Source of the DNA: Escherichia coli 042
GTDB lineage: Bacteria; Pseudomonadota; Gammaproteobacteria; Enterobacterales; Enterobacteriaceae
Reading direction: 5' to 3' (one strand)
DNA length: 64,000 nt
NCBI RefSeq assembly: GCF_000027125.1
Contig: NC_017626.1
In this document: piece by piece, positions 36,227-47,739 of the stretch
Layout: each line of letters begins with the position of its first letter
Position numbering within the stretch: position 1 is the stretch's first letter
The notes under the pieces: model-generated
What the model was told of the DNA's origin: nothing
The model's input: only the letters and a program-made list of their open reading frames with translations
Databases searched by the model: none
Program-made: the position numbers and the translations under genes

Positions 36227-36340
36227 ATGAACAGCATACTGATAATCACTTCTCTCCTTATCATATTCAGCATTTTTAGTCATGCCCTAATAAAATTAGG
36301 GATTGGCATATCCAATAACCCAGACAAAACCGATGTATAA
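36227..36340 (+). CDS. Candidate 37-aa hydrophobic small protein
   Basis: ATG preceded by GAGG at -9; encodes [37 protein letters not shown] (single predicted TM helix). Confidence 0.3.
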
Positions 36341-36408
36341 GTCAACATATCCTGAATCAGACATACAATATCGCAATGAAAATCAATAATATTTTAAGGA
36401 ATATCTTC

Positions 36409-36642
36409 ATGAAATCAAAAGACACCCTAAAGTGGTTCCCTGCGCAGCTTCCTGAAGTAAGAATTATCCTAGGGGATGCTGTAGTGGAAGTAGCAAAACA
36501 GGGAAGACCTATTAATACCAGAACATTGCTTGATTACATTGAAGGAAACATAAAGAAAAAATCATGGCTGGATAACAAAGAATTATTACAAACAGCGATA
36601 TCAGTTCTTAAAGACAACCAAAATTTAAATGGTAAAATGTAA
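36409..36642 (+). CDS. ydfK: Prophage small protein YdfK
   Basis: 77 aa from MKSKDTLKWFPAQLPE...; AAGGA RBS 8 nt upstream. Confidence 0.8.
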   Translation: MKSKDTLKWFPAQLPEVRIILGDAVVEVAKQGRPINTRTLLDYIEGNIKKKSWLDNKELLQTAISVLKDNQNLNGKM

Positions 36643-36959
36643 TATAATAAACTTACTTTTTTATCATTTTTCCACTTTAACAACATTTTGCTCCACTTTT
36701 CCACGTCCAAACAACTTGAAATCTGGTTAAAATAACACGCAACACTATTCTTCTTCCTTGAGCCCGCCCGGAACTCGAAAAACAAACCGAGTTAAAGCCA
36801 TTTTTCACAAAATCGATTTTGGGTCTCACCAAAAATTACGGGGTTGCATACGCATTCGTTTATTTTCGAACGTGTACATACAAATATGCACAAAAATAAT
36901 CATAATTATTTTCTGAGATGCATTATGATATGAACACCAATTTCGAATAGAGTCTCACT

Positions 36960-37550
36960 ATGTCTCGAATTTTTGCTTACTGTCGGATATCAACGCTGGA
37001 TCAGACCACCGAAAATCAACGCCGGGAAATCGAAAGTGCAGGTTTTAAAATCAAACCTCAGCAAATAATCGAAGAACACATTAGCGGCTCAGCAGCAACC
37101 AGTGAGCGTCCTGGTTTTAACCGGTTGCTTGCTCGCCTGAAATGTGGTGATCAATTGATTGTGACAAAACTGGATCGCCTTGGTTGTAATGCAATGGATA
37201 TCAGGAAAACAGTGGAACAACTGACCGAAACAGGTATCAGAGTGCATTGCTTAGCATTGGGTGGCATTGACCTGACCAGTCCAACAGGAAAAATGATGAT
37301 GCAAGTAATTTCAGCAGTCGCTGAATTTGAACGAGACCTTTTACTTGAACGCACTCATTCCGGGATAGTAAGAGCCCGCGGCGCAGGGAAACGTTTTGGT
37401 CGACCACCTGTGTTAAATGAAGAACAGAAACAGGTGGTATTCGAACGAATTAAGTCAGGTGTAAGTATAAGTGCCATTGCCCGGGAATTCAAAACCTCGC
37501 GGCAAACCATTTTAAGAGCCAAAGCAAAACTTCAGACACCTGACATATAA
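36960..37550 (+). CDS. pinQ: Serine recombinase, DNA invertase (Pin/Gin/Hin family)
   Basis: 196-aa ORF with the catalytic Ser region ([15 protein letters not shown]) and a C-terminal HTH. Confidence 0.9.
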
Positions 37551-37647
37551 AAAATAATCTCGGTGTGAGATGCTTTACGTGTTCCAAGCCCCCTTCCTTG
37601 CCGTAAATGGAAAGATACATCTAATTATAGAATTTATATGTTTTACC

Positions 37648-38223
37648 CTACGGCAGTGCTGGCCATTCAATATCCTGTGCAGTTGACGTATCAACACGGT
37701 TCAGCAATACCCGATACTTTTTCCATGCTTCCAGCAACGAGATTTCTTCCTCCGTTGCAATTTCCAGATCTGCAGCATCCTGAAGCGGCGCAATATGCTC
37801 ACTGGCTACCTGCATCAGGTTGTTTTTTGTTTCTTCCGCCTCCCGGATCCGGAACAGTTTTTCTGCTTCCGTATCCTTCACCCAGGCTGTGCCGTTCCAC
37901 TTCTGAAACTCCCCTTCCGGCGATAACCAGGTAACATTTTCCGGTAACGGACCGAGTTCAGAAATAAATAACGCGTCGCCGGAAGCCACGTCATAGACGG
38001 TTTTTCCCCGATGATCTTCAACGAGATGCCACGATGCCTCATCACTGTTGAAAACAGCCACGAAGCCTGCCGGAATATCTGGCGGTGCAATATCGGTACT
38101 GTTTGCTGGCAGACCTGTATGAGGCGGAATATATGCGTCACCTTCACCAATAAATTCATTAGTTCCGGCCAGCAGATTATAAATTTTTATGGTCTGTGGT
38201 TGTTCACTCATTCTGAATGCCAT
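37648..38223 (-). CDS. tfaQ: Tail fibre assembly chaperone
   Basis: 191-aa ORF immediately downstream of stf, Tfa family. Confidence 0.88.
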   Translation of the reverse strand: MAFRMSEQPQTIKIYNLLAGTNEFIGEGDAYIPPHTGLPANSTDIAPPDIPAGFVAVFNSDEASWHLVEDHRGKTVYDVASGDALFISELGPLPENVTWLSPEGEFQKWNGTAWVKDTEAEKLFRIREAEETKNNLMQVASEHIAPLQDAADLEIATEEEISLLEAWKKYRVLLNRVDTSTAQDIEWPALP

Positions 38224-41192
38224 TATGCAAGCCTCACAATATAGTTAAATGCGATGTTTTTGACGGTGTTTTCCGCGTTACCAGCAGCGTTAACGGTGAT
38301 GGTGTGTCCATGTGAACCAATCGCAACGGAGTGCGTATGAGCACCAATACCGACAGTATGTGCATGTGCGCCTGCGCTTGCAGCAGTGCCGGACAGCGAG
38401 TGGGTATGAGCACCATCTGATGATGTCTTCCCTGCATTACGAGTCTGGCCACTACCGCTTGTTGTGCTCATAATCCCCGCGCTTAGATTTGAAATCGCGG
38501 TATAACCATTAGGGAAAATGCTCGTGTTCGTGCCACCAAATGCACCGGAACTCTTGTGTTGGTGCGCACCGGCACTATTTGCAGTCCCGCTAATACTATG
38601 GGTATGCGCCCCGGTGTTATTCGTGGATTTGGTTCCGTAATCAAACGACGATGTGTTTTTCGTCCCCAAATCCGTACTGGATGCGCTGGCGCTGTGGGTG
38701 TGCGATTTAATGCCGTCCTGTTCCTGAGACAATACGGCACGACCACTGGCGGGTTTGCCCTTAATCGTCCAGCCACGCATATCAGGGATCACGCCTGACG
38801 GATAAGCGGCTGCAAGTTTCGGGTATGCAGATTTGTCAAAAGTCTGCCCCTGCATCAGGGCATAGCCAGACGGAACGGTATCTGATGGCCACGGGATTGG
38901 TGCGCCAGGCGGATAAAACTGCTCTGATGGCGTATAGAGTGAATAAACTGTACCGTCCGTTAACCCTTCCGGCTTATTAGCAGAATATGCTGGTGACGTA
39001 TGAATCGTCACGCTGGCATTACTGGTATAATCCCATTGAATATTTACACCAGTCGCATAATTTCCGATTGCAACGTAAATATCGTAAGTATCACCAGATG
39101 TATTGACCCAGGCAAAATTTGTAAACCCTGTCGATGTGCGCTGCCATAAAGCACCAGTAATCCCCTTCGGATTACCATTACCTGCACGCAAAACAAGTTC
39201 AGATATACCTGCCTGTTGAGGTGACCCCACGTTAAATCCCGCGCCACCAATCAACGTAATTGAAACAACAGAACTCGCCTGTGGCATGGTTACCGTTGCT
39301 AATTTGAACCAACCAGCACCACCGCTGAATGACATTGTTGTTGAGTTAAGCGTACCAATATCTTTCGGCGTCAGTGTTATATCCGCTGAAAGCGCCTTAC
39401 CATTCACCTTACGGGCAGAAGGTACCCGACCATTCGCATTATCATTAGCTGCTTTCACTGCTTTCGGTGTCGCGGCAAGCGTTTCAGATGCGCTGTTGGT
39501 TGCACTACTGAGCTGGACAATTCCTTTTTGTGCTGTCGTAGCGTTCTGAGCAGTATATTTCCCGTTAGCAAGGTCATAGGCTGCCTTTACCGACTTTGGC
39601 GTTGCCGCCAGCATTTCAGATGTGCTGTTGGTCGCGTTGCTAAGCTGAACTATCCCTTTCTGTGCTGTCGTTGCATCCTGTGCGGTGTATTTCCCGTTAG
39701 CCAGCTCATACGCGGCCTTAACGGCTTTTGGTGTTGCCGCCAGTGACTCGGAAGTGCTGTTAGTCGCACTGCTGAGCTGTACTATCCCCTTTTTCGTCGT
39801 GCTCGCATCCTCAAGCGCGACGGCGGATGCAATATCCTCTGCCCGTTTTGCCGCTGTCTCGGCGCGCGTTGCCGCGGATTCCGCCGTACTTTTGCTCTGA
39901 GCTGCCGCCGTCGCACTGCCAGCTGCCTCTGTCGCCTTCGTGGATGCCGTCGTGGCGCTGCCCTTTGCTGCTGACGCCTGTCTGGTCGCCTCATCTTTTG
40001 AAGCAGACGCAGATAATGCCGATGACGCCGCCGAACTGGCGGACGATGCGGCAGCCGTTTTTGAGGATTCTGCGCTGGTTTCCGACGCTTTCGCGTTCGT
40101 CTCGGATGTCTTCGCTGCGGAAGCAGACCTCGCTGCTGCGCTGGCCTGTACAGCGGCTTCGCCAGCCTTCGTTGTGGCTGTTGAAGCGGACGATGCAGCA
40201 CTTTCTGCCGATTTTCCGGCGGCGGTGGCACTGGCTGAGGCCTGCCCGGCATTTGTTGACGCGGCGCTGGCAGATGAGGCAGCCGCTGTTTTTGAGTCTG
40301 CTGCTGCGGAGGCACTCTGTGCTGCTGCCGTCTCAGAAGACTTAGCGTTCGTCTCGGACGTTTTTGCCGCCTTCGCGGAATTTCCTGCCGCTGTTGCCGA
40401 GGAGGCTGCACTACTGGCGCTCGAGGCTGCGCTCGTTTCTGATGATTTTGCCGCCTCTTTTGAGGCCGCCGCATCCCGGGCTGAGGTGGCAGCTTCTGAC
40501 GCCTTCGTGGTCGCGGCGGATGCAGAAGTGGCTGCTGATTGTTGTGACGCTGCCGCATTCGTTTCTGACGTTTTCGCGGCACTGGCACTGGTAGCTGCCG
40601 CGCTTTTTGAGGACTCTGCAGCGGCAGCACTTTTTGATGCTTCAGTAGCCTTTGTTGATGCCGTTCCTGCGCTGGAAGACGCTGACTGAGCCGACGTCGC
40701 GGCCTGCCCGGCTGATGTGCTGGCTGCACGTGCTGAGCCTGCAGCATCAGTCGCATGGGTTGCCGCCTCACGGGCTGATGTGCTGGCATCGCTGGCTGAC
40801 TTCTTCGCGGCTGCTGTGTTCTGCGCCACTGCGGACGCGTTACGCGCCACCTCTTCCACCATCAGTTCAAAACGGCGCAGTGCCTCAGGACGGGCATCAT
40901 CCTCCGTCATGGCACCGAGAAAATCATTCAGCGTACCGGGTCGGGAATCTTCATACACGGTGATGGTCCCGGCATGTGACGGCGGGAATCCTTCCACCAA
41001 CAGAATAACGCTGTACTGACCGTACTCAACGTCCATGCTGTAACGCCCGGCCTCATCCGGATTTTCTGAGGCCAGCGTGTTCACCACCACCGTGGTGCTG
41101 TTACGTTTTGCTTTCAGCTGGATTGTGCAGTTCTGTACCGGTTTTCCTGTGCCGTCTTTCAGTACACCTGAAATCTTTACTGCCATATTCAC
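38223..41192 (-). CDS. stf: Side tail fibre protein, full length
   Basis: 989-aa ORF: lambda Stf-like N-terminus ([19 protein letters not shown]...), long Ala/Ser/Thr-rich shaft, three tandem 41-aa repeats, His-rich tip (GAHxHS motifs), conserved end ...[18 protein letters not shown]. Confidence 0.88.
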   Translation of the reverse strand: MNMAVKISGVLKDGTGKPVQNCTIQLKAKRNSTTVVVNTLASENPDEAGRYSMDVEYGQYSVILLVEGFPPSHAGTITVYEDSRPGTLNDFLGAMTEDDARPEALRRFELMVEEVARNASAVAQNTAAAKKSASDASTSAREAATHATDAAGSARAASTSAGQAATSAQSASSSAGTASTKATEASKSAAAAESSKSAAATSASAAKTSETNAAASQQSAATSASAATTKASEAATSARDAAASKEAAKSSETSAASSASSAASSATAAGNSAKAAKTSETNAKSSETAAAQSASAAADSKTAAASSASAASTNAGQASASATAAGKSAESAASSASTATTKAGEAAVQASAAARSASAAKTSETNAKASETSAESSKTAAASSASSAASSALSASASKDEATRQASAAKGSATTASTKATEAAGSATAAAQSKSTAESAATRAETAAKRAEDIASAVALEDASTTKKGIVQLSSATNSTSESLAATPKAVKAAYELANGKYTAQDATTAQKGIVQLSNATNSTSEMLAATPKSVKAAYDLANGKYTAQNATTAQKGIVQLSSATNSASETLAATPKAVKAANDNANGRVPSARKVNGKALSADITLTPKDIGTLNSTTMSFSGGAGWFKLATVTMPQASSVVSITLIGGAGFNVGSPQQAGISELVLRAGNGNPKGITGALWQRTSTGFTNFAWVNTSGDTYDIYVAIGNYATGVNIQWDYTSNASVTIHTSPAYSANKPEGLTDGTVYSLYTPSEQFYPPGAPIPWPSDTVPSGYALMQGQTFDKSAYPKLAAAYPSGVIPDMRGWTIKGKPASGRAVLSQEQDGIKSHTHSASASSTDLGTKNTSSFDYGTKSTNNTGAHTHSISGTANSAGAHQHKSSGAFGGTNTSIFPNGYTAISNLSAGIMSTTSGSGQTRNAGKTSSDGAHTHSLSGTAASAGAHAHTVGIGAHTHSVAIGSHGHTITVNAAGNAENTVKNIAFNYIVRLA
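39410..39790 (-). repeat. Three tandem ~123-bp coding repeats within stf (approximate coordinates)
   Basis: Protein units [44 protein letters not shown] repeated three times; the DNA repeat is visible directly. Confidence 0.7.
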
Positions 41193-41250
41193 CCCACAAA
41201 AAAGCCCGCCTGAACAGGCGGGCTGTCATAACACTGTGTTACCTGGCTAA

Positions 41251-41850
41251 TCAGAACTTATAACCGACACCCACGATGAAACCGTCAGTGCGCCAGTCGC
41301 CACTGCCGGAGCCTTCATAAGCAATATCAATGGCCACGGATTCGGTCGGGTTAAACTGCACGCCAGCTCCCCACGCCAGAGACGTGTTGCTGTGGCGACC
41401 GTCATCACTTCCGGTCAGCACGTCGTGCGTTTTCCCCTTGTTGTCAGTTACGCGGAGATAATCCCCGGAGAAAGTCGACACACGGCTGTAAGCCACACCC
41501 GCCATCGCATACGCGCTGAACCATTCATTCACGCGCACAGACGGCCCCACCATCACGCTGAACCAGCGGTTACGCACGGAATCTTCATGCCAGCGGGTAT
41601 CGCTGTAACGGGTAAGCTGGCGATTCTTGTCTCCTGCATAGCTGAATGACGTCACCAGCCCCAGTGTGTCCGTAAACTCATAACGGTATTTCACGTTAAT
41701 CCCGTTAAGATCATCGCTGCCGGGAACGTTCGTCGAGGCATGAAGATACCCCGCGCTCAGCGTGGACTGATGTTCAGATGCCCATGCAGGCGCACCGGAT
41801 ACGGCCAGACAAATGGCTGCGGACAAAATGGCGGCATAAAGTTTACGCAT
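41251..41850 (-). CDS. lom: Outer membrane protein Lom (Ail/Lom/OmpX family)
   Basis: 199-aa ORF with signal peptide and beta-barrel pattern ending in a C-terminal Phe; lambda position between J and stf. Confidence 0.88.
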
Positions 41851-41919
41851 AATTACCTCTCGCTTTTCTGCAATAAAAAAGGCACCATTTCTGGTGCCCT
41901 TATATGGGTTATAACAATT

Positions 41920-44900
41920 TCAACGAATACTGATGCCGGAAGCGGCTTTTTTGGTCACAATCACCGTACAGTCGGTGATATTACCTGCCCACTGATTGCC
42001 TTTATGGAAAACCTTAAACTCCAGAGTGACGCTTCCCCTGCCACTCGGCATATCAATAACCGCACTGTAGCTACCGGGAATGGCCCCTTTAGTTTCTCTG
42101 GATGCGATTAATACACCGTTTTGGCGAACTTCAAAACCATAACCCGTGTATCTTGTACCTCCCGGGTTATTACCACTTCCCGGATCGCTATACGCTATTC
42201 CGTTAAAGATAATGGGCGGAATAATGATTTGACGGTCAAAGTTATGATCATCGCTTATGGTGACTGTAACCGTCCCGTTTGGTGTTTCCGTGTTACCCCA
42301 CGTACCAGCCTGTTTCGGAAATGATTTGGATACAGCTTTAACGAAATCCCCTCTGACCTGAGTCGCCTCCAGCATGCCCTTAATCGTACAGTTTTCATTT
42401 ACCGTGACATTGTTGAGCGTCCCGGCGTTCGCATTCACACTGCCACTGATATCCGCATTTTTAGCGGTCAGCTTTCCGTCTGATGTCAGGGAAAATACCG
42501 GTGGATTTCCACCGCTGGTAATGGTGGGGGCCGTCAGGCGCTTCAGGAACACGTCGTTCATGAATATCTGGTTGCCCTGCGCCACAAACATCGGCGTTTC
42601 ATTCCCGTTTGCCGGATCAATAAACGCGATACGATTGGCGGCAACCAGAAACTGGCTCAGTTTGCCTTCCTCTGTATCCTCCATGCTGAGGCCAATACCC
42701 GCGACATAATGTTTGCCGTCTTTGGTCTGCTCAATTTTGACGCCCCACATGGCATTCCACTTATCGTTAGCATCCTTCCACTCTTTCGAAAACTGCTCCA
42801 GTCTGCTGGCGTTATCCTCCGTCAGGTCGACTTTTTCCAGCAGCTCTTTACCGAGATGGGATTCGGTTATCAGGCCTTTGAAAAAATCCAGGTAACCTTC
42901 GGCATCATCGCTCGCCCGACCAACAGCCTCCACGAATGCCGATTTGCCAACGGTGTTCACACTGCGAACGTAAAAATAATAATTATGGCCCGGCCTGATA
43001 TTGATACTGGCGGCTATCCAGTACAGCGCCGTGCCAAGATAGCGTGCTGTGGTTTCAACCTGCCTGATATCCGCAATCCGCTTTTCCGAGAACCAGAACT
43101 CAAACTGTACCGTCGGGTCATAAACCGCAAGATGCGGCGTGGCGGTTATCTGAAAATAGCCCGGCGTCAGCTCAATCCGCGACGGCGCTGCCGGTGCGGC
43201 AATCCGGAACGATACCGACGCCGGATCGCCCTGCTGCTCCCACGCATTTACTGCCCGGACTGTCAGCCTGTAGTTCCCCAGAGCCAGTTGTGTGAAGCGG
43301 TAAGTGGTTTCCGTCGTCCGGGCCGTGCTGACCAGCCGCTCACTGCCGTCATCCGCTGCCACGGTCAGGCGAAGCATGAAACTCACGCCCTTCACCACCT
43401 TCGGCGTGTCCCAGCGGGCCAGTACCTGATACTCCCCGCTGTCTGCGGTGACTTCGGCAGTCAGGTGCTGCACTGCTGGCGGCGTGACACCATTCACCGT
43501 GCCGCTCTGGTCGCCGTCAAAGTGCGCCCCGTTATCCACGATAGCTTCTTTTTCCGGTACATGCTGCACGGCGGTGATGGCATACGTGCCGTCGTCGTTC
43601 TCACGGATACTCACGCAGCGGAACAGGCGCTGGCGCAGCGTCGGCAGCTTCAGCCCCCATACGCTGTATCCGGCAACGCCGTCAGGAACACGGCTCACTT
43701 TTACCTTCACGCCGTCGGTGACGGACTGGACCTCCACGCTGACCGGATTGCCACTTCCGTCAACCAGGCTTATCAGCGTGGTACCGGAGGATGGCAGCGT
43801 GATTTCACGGTCGAGCGTCAGCGTCCGGGTCTGGCTGTTCACCGCCAGCACGCGCCCGCCGGTGCTGATCCCCGCATAGTCATCATCGCAGATTTCAATG
43901 ACATCGCCCGGCACATGGCGAAGCCCTTCCGCACCCACGCTGAAGTCCACGGTCTGCGTTTCCAGTAGTTCCGTTTTAATCAGCCACAGCCCGGCGCGGT
44001 GCGCCTGCCCCCGGCTGGTACAGCCAAAGGCATCCATCTTCGTGACGTTACGACCGTAACGGAGAATGGCCTGCGTATCTTCAACAAGCTCTGTCGCCGT
44101 CTCCCAGCCGTTATCCGGGTCAATCCAGTTCACCTCAACGGCATTATGACGGTCCTTCAGGGCACTGAAGCTGTAGCGGAACGGCGCGCCATCATCCGGC
44201 ATCACCACATTACTGCGGTTATAGGTCCACACCTTATCCGACGGTCGGTCCTGCACGAACGTCAGCGTCTGCCCGTTCCATACCGGCATACAGCGCATCG
44301 CCGAGCAGAAATCACTGAGAACATCCCACGCCTTGCGCTGTGTGGTCAGGTAGGCATTACAGGTGATGCGCGGCTCCGTGCCACCAAAGCCATCCGGCAC
44401 CGACTGGTCGCAATTCTGGCCGATGACATACAGCGCCCATTTGTCCACATCCGCCGCACCGAGACGCTTCCCCATGCCGTAGCGCGGATGGGTCAGCATA
44501 TCCCACAGACACCAGGCCATGTTGTTGCTGTATGCTGGCTTAAACGTTCCGTCCCAGATACCGCTGTATTGCCGCGTCTGCGGGTTATAGTTCGACGGCA
44601 CCTGCAGAATGCGCCCGCGAAGATGATAATTACGGCTCACCTGCTGGCTGCCGAACTGTTCCGAGTCCACCTGCACGCCGACCAGTGCCGTGTTCGGGTA
44701 GCACTGTTTCACATCGATGATTTCGGTGTATGACGACCAGAGCGTTTTGTTCTGCAGCTGGTCTGTGGTGCTGTCCGGCGTCATCCTGCGCATCCGGATA
44801 TTAAACGGGCGCGGCGGCAGGTTACCCACCACCACCGAGGCCAGATACTGCGAGGTGGTTTTGCCCTTAATGGTGATGTCTTTTTCCGTCACCCAGCCAC

Positions 44901-45333
44901 CGTTACGCTGTATCTGAACCAGCAGACGGACTTCCGACGGATTCCTGTCACCCTTTGAGGTGGTTTCCACCAGTGCCTGTACACCGAAGGTAAAGCGCAG
45001 TCGGTCGATGTTTGCCGACGTGATGGCGCGGGTGATCGGCGTGTCGTATTTCACTTCCGTACCCAACACCGTCTCGGAGCCGGAGGATTCAAATCCCTCC
45101 GGCGGAGTCTGCTCCTGCTCACCAGCCCGGAACACCACCGTGACACCGGCGATGTTGGTATTCCCATCACTGTCCAGCACCGGCGTACTGTTCAGCAGCA
45201 CGCTTTTTAATCCATCCACCGGACCTTCAATCGGCCCTTCACTGATGGCATCAATCACACTCAGCAACTGCGTGGACTTCAGGTTGTCCTTCGCTTCGCG
45301 CGGGGTATGCCCCTTACTGCTTCCTTTACCCAT
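41920..45333 (-). CDS. J: Tail tip / host specificity protein J
   Basis: 1137-aa ORF, lambda J-like from [21 protein letters not shown]...; C-terminal region differs from what I remember of lambda J. Confidence 0.9.
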   Translation of the reverse strand: MGKGSSKGHTPREAKDNLKSTQLLSVIDAISEGPIEGPVDGLKSVLLNSTPVLDSDGNTNIAGVTVVFRAGEQEQTPPEGFESSGSETVLGTEVKYDTPITRAITSANIDRLRFTFGVQALVETTSKGDRNPSEVRLLVQIQRNGGWVTEKDITIKGKTTSQYLASVVVGNLPPRPFNIRMRRMTPDSTTDQLQNKTLWSSYTEIIDVKQCYPNTALVGVQVDSEQFGSQQVSRNYHLRGRILQVPSNYNPQTRQYSGIWDGTFKPAYSNNMAWCLWDMLTHPRYGMGKRLGAADVDKWALYVIGQNCDQSVPDGFGGTEPRITCNAYLTTQRKAWDVLSDFCSAMRCMPVWNGQTLTFVQDRPSDKVWTYNRSNVVMPDDGAPFRYSFSALKDRHNAVEVNWIDPDNGWETATELVEDTQAILRYGRNVTKMDAFGCTSRGQAHRAGLWLIKTELLETQTVDFSVGAEGLRHVPGDVIEICDDDYAGISTGGRVLAVNSQTRTLTLDREITLPSSGTTLISLVDGSGNPVSVEVQSVTDGVKVKVSRVPDGVAGYSVWGLKLPTLRQRLFRCVSIRENDDGTYAITAVQHVPEKEAIVDNGAHFDGDQSGTVNGVTPPAVQHLTAEVTADSGEYQVLARWDTPKVVKGVSFMLRLTVAADDGSERLVSTARTTETTYRFTQLALGNYRLTVRAVNAWEQQGDPASVSFRIAAPAAPSRIELTPGYFQITATPHLAVYDPTVQFEFWFSEKRIADIRQVETTARYLGTALYWIAASINIRPGHNYYFYVRSVNTVGKSAFVEAVGRASDDAEGYLDFFKGLITESHLGKELLEKVDLTEDNASRLEQFSKEWKDANDKWNAMWGVKIEQTKDGKHYVAGIGLSMEDTEEGKLSQFLVAANRIAFIDPANGNETPMFVAQGNQIFMNDVFLKRLTAPTITSGGNPPVFSLTSDGKLTAKNADISGSVNANAGTLNNVTVNENCTIKGMLEATQVRGDFVKAVSKSFPKQAGTWGNTETPNGTVTVTISDDHNFDRQIIIPPIIFNGIAYSDPGSGNNPGGTRYTGYGFEVRQNGVLIASRETKGAIPGSYSAVIDMPSGRGSVTLEFKVFHKGNQWAGNITDCTVIVTKKAASGISIR

Positions 45334-45393
45334 TCCTCACGCTCCATAAACGACAAAACCGCCCGCAGGCGGTTTCACATAAAACATTTTGCA

Positions 45394-46065
45394 TCAGCGA
45401 CCAATCACCACAACCTGACCACCGTCCCCTTCGTCTGCCGTGCTGATCTCCTGAGAAACCACGCGTGACCCCACGCGCATTTCCCCGTACAGAACAGGCA
45501 GAACATTGCCCTGGGCAACCATGTTATCCAGTGAGGAGAAATAGGTGTTCTGCTTACCGTTATCCGTTGTCTGTGTACGGGGAGTTCTGGCTTTCGGTGC
45601 CAGCATCTGCGCCACACCACCGAGCACCATACTGGCACCGAGAGAAAACAGGATGCCGGTCATACCACCGGCCCCAATGGCTGCCCCCCATGCTGCAAGG
45701 GTGGCTCCGGCGGTAAAGAATGATCCGGCAATGGCGGCAGCCCCCAGGACAATCTGGAATACGCCACCTGACTTGGCCCCGGCGACTCTGGGAACAATAT
45801 GAATCACAGCGCCATCAGGCAGAGTCTCATGTAACTGCGCCGTTAACCCGGACGTGCTGACGTCCCGCCCGGCAATCCGTACCTGATACCAGCCGTCGCT
45901 CAGTTTCTGACGAAACGCCGGGAGCTGTGTGGCCAGTGCCCGGATGGCTTCAGCCCCCGTTTTCACACGAAGGTCGATGCGGCGACCAAATCGTTGTAAA
46001 TCCCCGTAAAGGCAGATGCGCGCCATGCCCGGTGACGCCAGAGGGAGTGTGTGCGTCGCTGCCAT
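45394..46065 (-). CDS. I: Tail assembly protein I
   Basis: 223-aa ORF overlapping the 3' end of K by 103 nt, as in lambda. Confidence 0.88.
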   Translation of the reverse strand: MAATHTLPLASPGMARICLYGDLQRFGRRIDLRVKTGAEAIRALATQLPAFRQKLSDGWYQVRIAGRDVSTSGLTAQLHETLPDGAVIHIVPRVAGAKSGGVFQIVLGAAAIAGSFFTAGATLAAWGAAIGAGGMTGILFSLGASMVLGGVAQMLAPKARTPRTQTTDNGKQNTYFSSLDNMVAQGNVLPVLYGEMRVGSRVVSQEISTADEGDGGQVVVIGR

Positions 46066-46706
46066 TTGTCGGTGTACCTCTCTCGTTTGCTCAGTTGTTC
46101 AGGAATATGGTGCAGCAGCTCGCCGTCGCCGCAGTAAATTGCGGCGTGATTCGGCACCGATGAACCAAAACAGCACAGCAGCACATCGCCCGGCTGTGCC
46201 GCTGACAACGGCACCTGATACAGCCCCGTCGCCTCCAGATTATCCAGATAGAGATTCTGGCCGTTACGCCACCAGTCATCCTCACGATGAAAGTCCGGCA
46301 TCTCAATCCCCGCCAGATGATAAGCATCCCGGAACAGTGTGTAACAGTCCGTCACACCGTGCTCAAAGCGCCGCCCGGTGAGATGCGGCACACAGCGGAA
46401 CTTATGAATCGTCCCCCGGCAGACCAGCCACCACGGCAAATCACTCTGCACCTGCAGCCGCCGGTCGGCCTCACTCAGCCAGGGCAGACCACCGGGGTGG
46501 CTGTGGACCAGCGCCACAATCTCACCCTGCATTTCTGCCTGCAGCCAGTCTTCCGGCGACATACGGAAATACGCCTCCGGCTCACCGGAGATATTCACGC
46601 AGGGGAAATATCTTTCCCCCTCCGGCGTGCTTACCACGAAGCCGCACGACTCCGCTGGCGCACATCGCCGGGCGTGCGCCAGAATCGCTGATTCTGTCTG
46701 TGTCAT
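45963..46706 (-). CDS. K: Tail assembly protein K (MPN/JAB + NlpC/P60 peptidase)
   Basis: Full ORF is 247 aa; the 199-aa lambda-annotated K would start at the internal MSPEDWLQAE (46562). Confidence 0.85.
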   Translation of the reverse strand: MTQTESAILAHARRCAPAESCGFVVSTPEGERYFPCVNISGEPEAYFRMSPEDWLQAEMQGEIVALVHSHPGGLPWLSEADRRLQVQSDLPWWLVCRGTIHKFRCVPHLTGRRFEHGVTDCYTLFRDAYHLAGIEMPDFHREDDWWRNGQNLYLDNLEATGLYQVPLSAAQPGDVLLCCFGSSVPNHAAIYCGDGELLHHIPEQLSKRERYTDKWQRRTHSLWRHRAWRASAFTGIYNDLVAASTFV

Positions 46707-46711
46707 GGGAT

Positions 46712-47410
46712 TTACTGCGAAAGTTTGTTAATGGAAAGGAAGCCGCCAAAGTTGCCGACGTTATTGCGGAACTTACAACCGCTCAGGCATTTGCTGCATT
46801 TATCCTTCGTGATATCGGACGTTGGCTGGTCATATTCATCCGCGACAGCCGGACCGCTATAACCGCACTCGTCACCGCGATAGGTCCAGGTGCAGGTGTT
46901 GGCCAGCATGATACGTCCCGGAAAAACAGCGCCATCCGTTTCCGTCGGCGTGGACAGTACAAAGGAGGCACTCACCGCGCTCAGTTCGCTGCACTGCTCA
47001 ATGCGCCAGCGGCTGATCACCTCCTGCTCCGGATCGGCGCCACTGTTTCCGTTGACGAAGTTCACCGCATCCAGAAAACGGGCGTAAACCTTACGCCGGA
47101 CCACCGTTCCACCGACCAGACTCTGCAGATCTTCCGCCATCCCGGTGACCATACCGTACAGGTTAGAAACCGTCAGTGTGGGGCGCGTACTGGTGCCTTT
47201 GCCATTCAGTTCAAAACCACTCCCCTGAATGGGATACGGCTGATACTGTCGCCCCTGCCAGGTGACCGGCTCACCTTTTTCGTTCTGCTCATTACAGAAA
47301 AAATAACGTTCTCCACCGACCTCTGTCAGGTCGATTTCCCAGAGCACCACGCTGGCCGACTGCTCCGCACGGGTGCATTCATTCAGTGTTTCCTGCCGGA
47401 TATCCTGCAT
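46712..47410 (-). CDS. L: Minor tail protein L
   Basis: 232-aa ORF at the lambda L position with conserved Cys cluster. Confidence 0.88.
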   Translation of the reverse strand: MQDIRQETLNECTRAEQSASVVLWEIDLTEVGGERYFFCNEQNEKGEPVTWQGRQYQPYPIQGSGFELNGKGTSTRPTLTVSNLYGMVTGMAEDLQSLVGGTVVRRKVYARFLDAVNFVNGNSGADPEQEVISRWRIEQCSELSAVSASFVLSTPTETDGAVFPGRIMLANTCTWTYRGDECGYSGPAVADEYDQPTSDITKDKCSKCLSGCKFRNNVGNFGGFLSINKLSQ

Positions 47411-47739
47411 CAGTTCACCACCTGTTCAAACTCTGCGCTGAACTCAACACGCAGCATACTGACCCGCGACGACCATTTTGCGCAGGTCACCTTTATCTGC
47501 CGCCACTCATAAGGCGGCGTCCACAGAAAGGCTTTCCAGCCCCCGTGCTCAGCCAGAAACGACTCCAGCGCCGTGGCCTCCCAACGGGGAACAGAAAGCG
47601 TCACGCTGTACGTTTTCAGGTCGGCATTCAGCCCGGCAGGCGCTCGCTGGGAATAGCCATCACCAAAGCGCACTTTCCTGACGGAAGGGGCCGAAGCCAC
47701 ATCCATACCGGGTTTCACTTTCCAGCGGAAGGTCTTCAT
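47410..47739 (-). CDS. M: Minor tail protein M
   Basis: 109-aa ORF with ATGA overlap with L. Confidence 0.88.
   Translation of the reverse strand: MKTFRWKVKPGMDVASAPSVRKVRFGDGYSQRAPAGLNADLKTYSVTLSVPRWEATALESFLAEHGGWKAFLWTPPYEWRQIKVTCAKWSSRVSMLRVEFSAEFEQVVN

Noticed and set aside
37551-37647. Possible Pin crossover site between pinQ and tfaQ (ttccttgccgtaaatggaaag)
   Set aside because: Superficial TTCC…GGAA symmetry only; it lacks the AAACC-NN-GGTTT core of Hin/Gin/Pin sites and no partner site was found within stf.
39410-39790. Tandem repeats considered as a possible CRISPR array or other non-coding repeat
   Set aside because: The repeats are in-frame coding repeats of the tail fibre (41-aa protein units), with no spacer/repeat alternation and no cas genes anywhere in the window.
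39782-40789. Long Arg/Pro/Gln-rich 335-aa ORF (minus strand), Ala-rich 249-aa ORF (39940-40689, plus strand) and several other overlapping ORFs inside stf
   Set aside because: They lie in alternative frames of the GC-rich, repetitive Ala/Ser/Thr shaft region of stf. Their compositions are what out-of-frame or antisense reading of GCN/AGC-rich repeats produces, and they have no start context or homology.
42709-43968. 419-aa plus-strand ORF antisense to J, and similar 244-aa (43999-44733) and 143-aa (43448-43879) ORFs
   Set aside because: Antisense shadow ORFs within the high-GC J gene; Arg-rich low-complexity translations; J itself is clearly the real gene.
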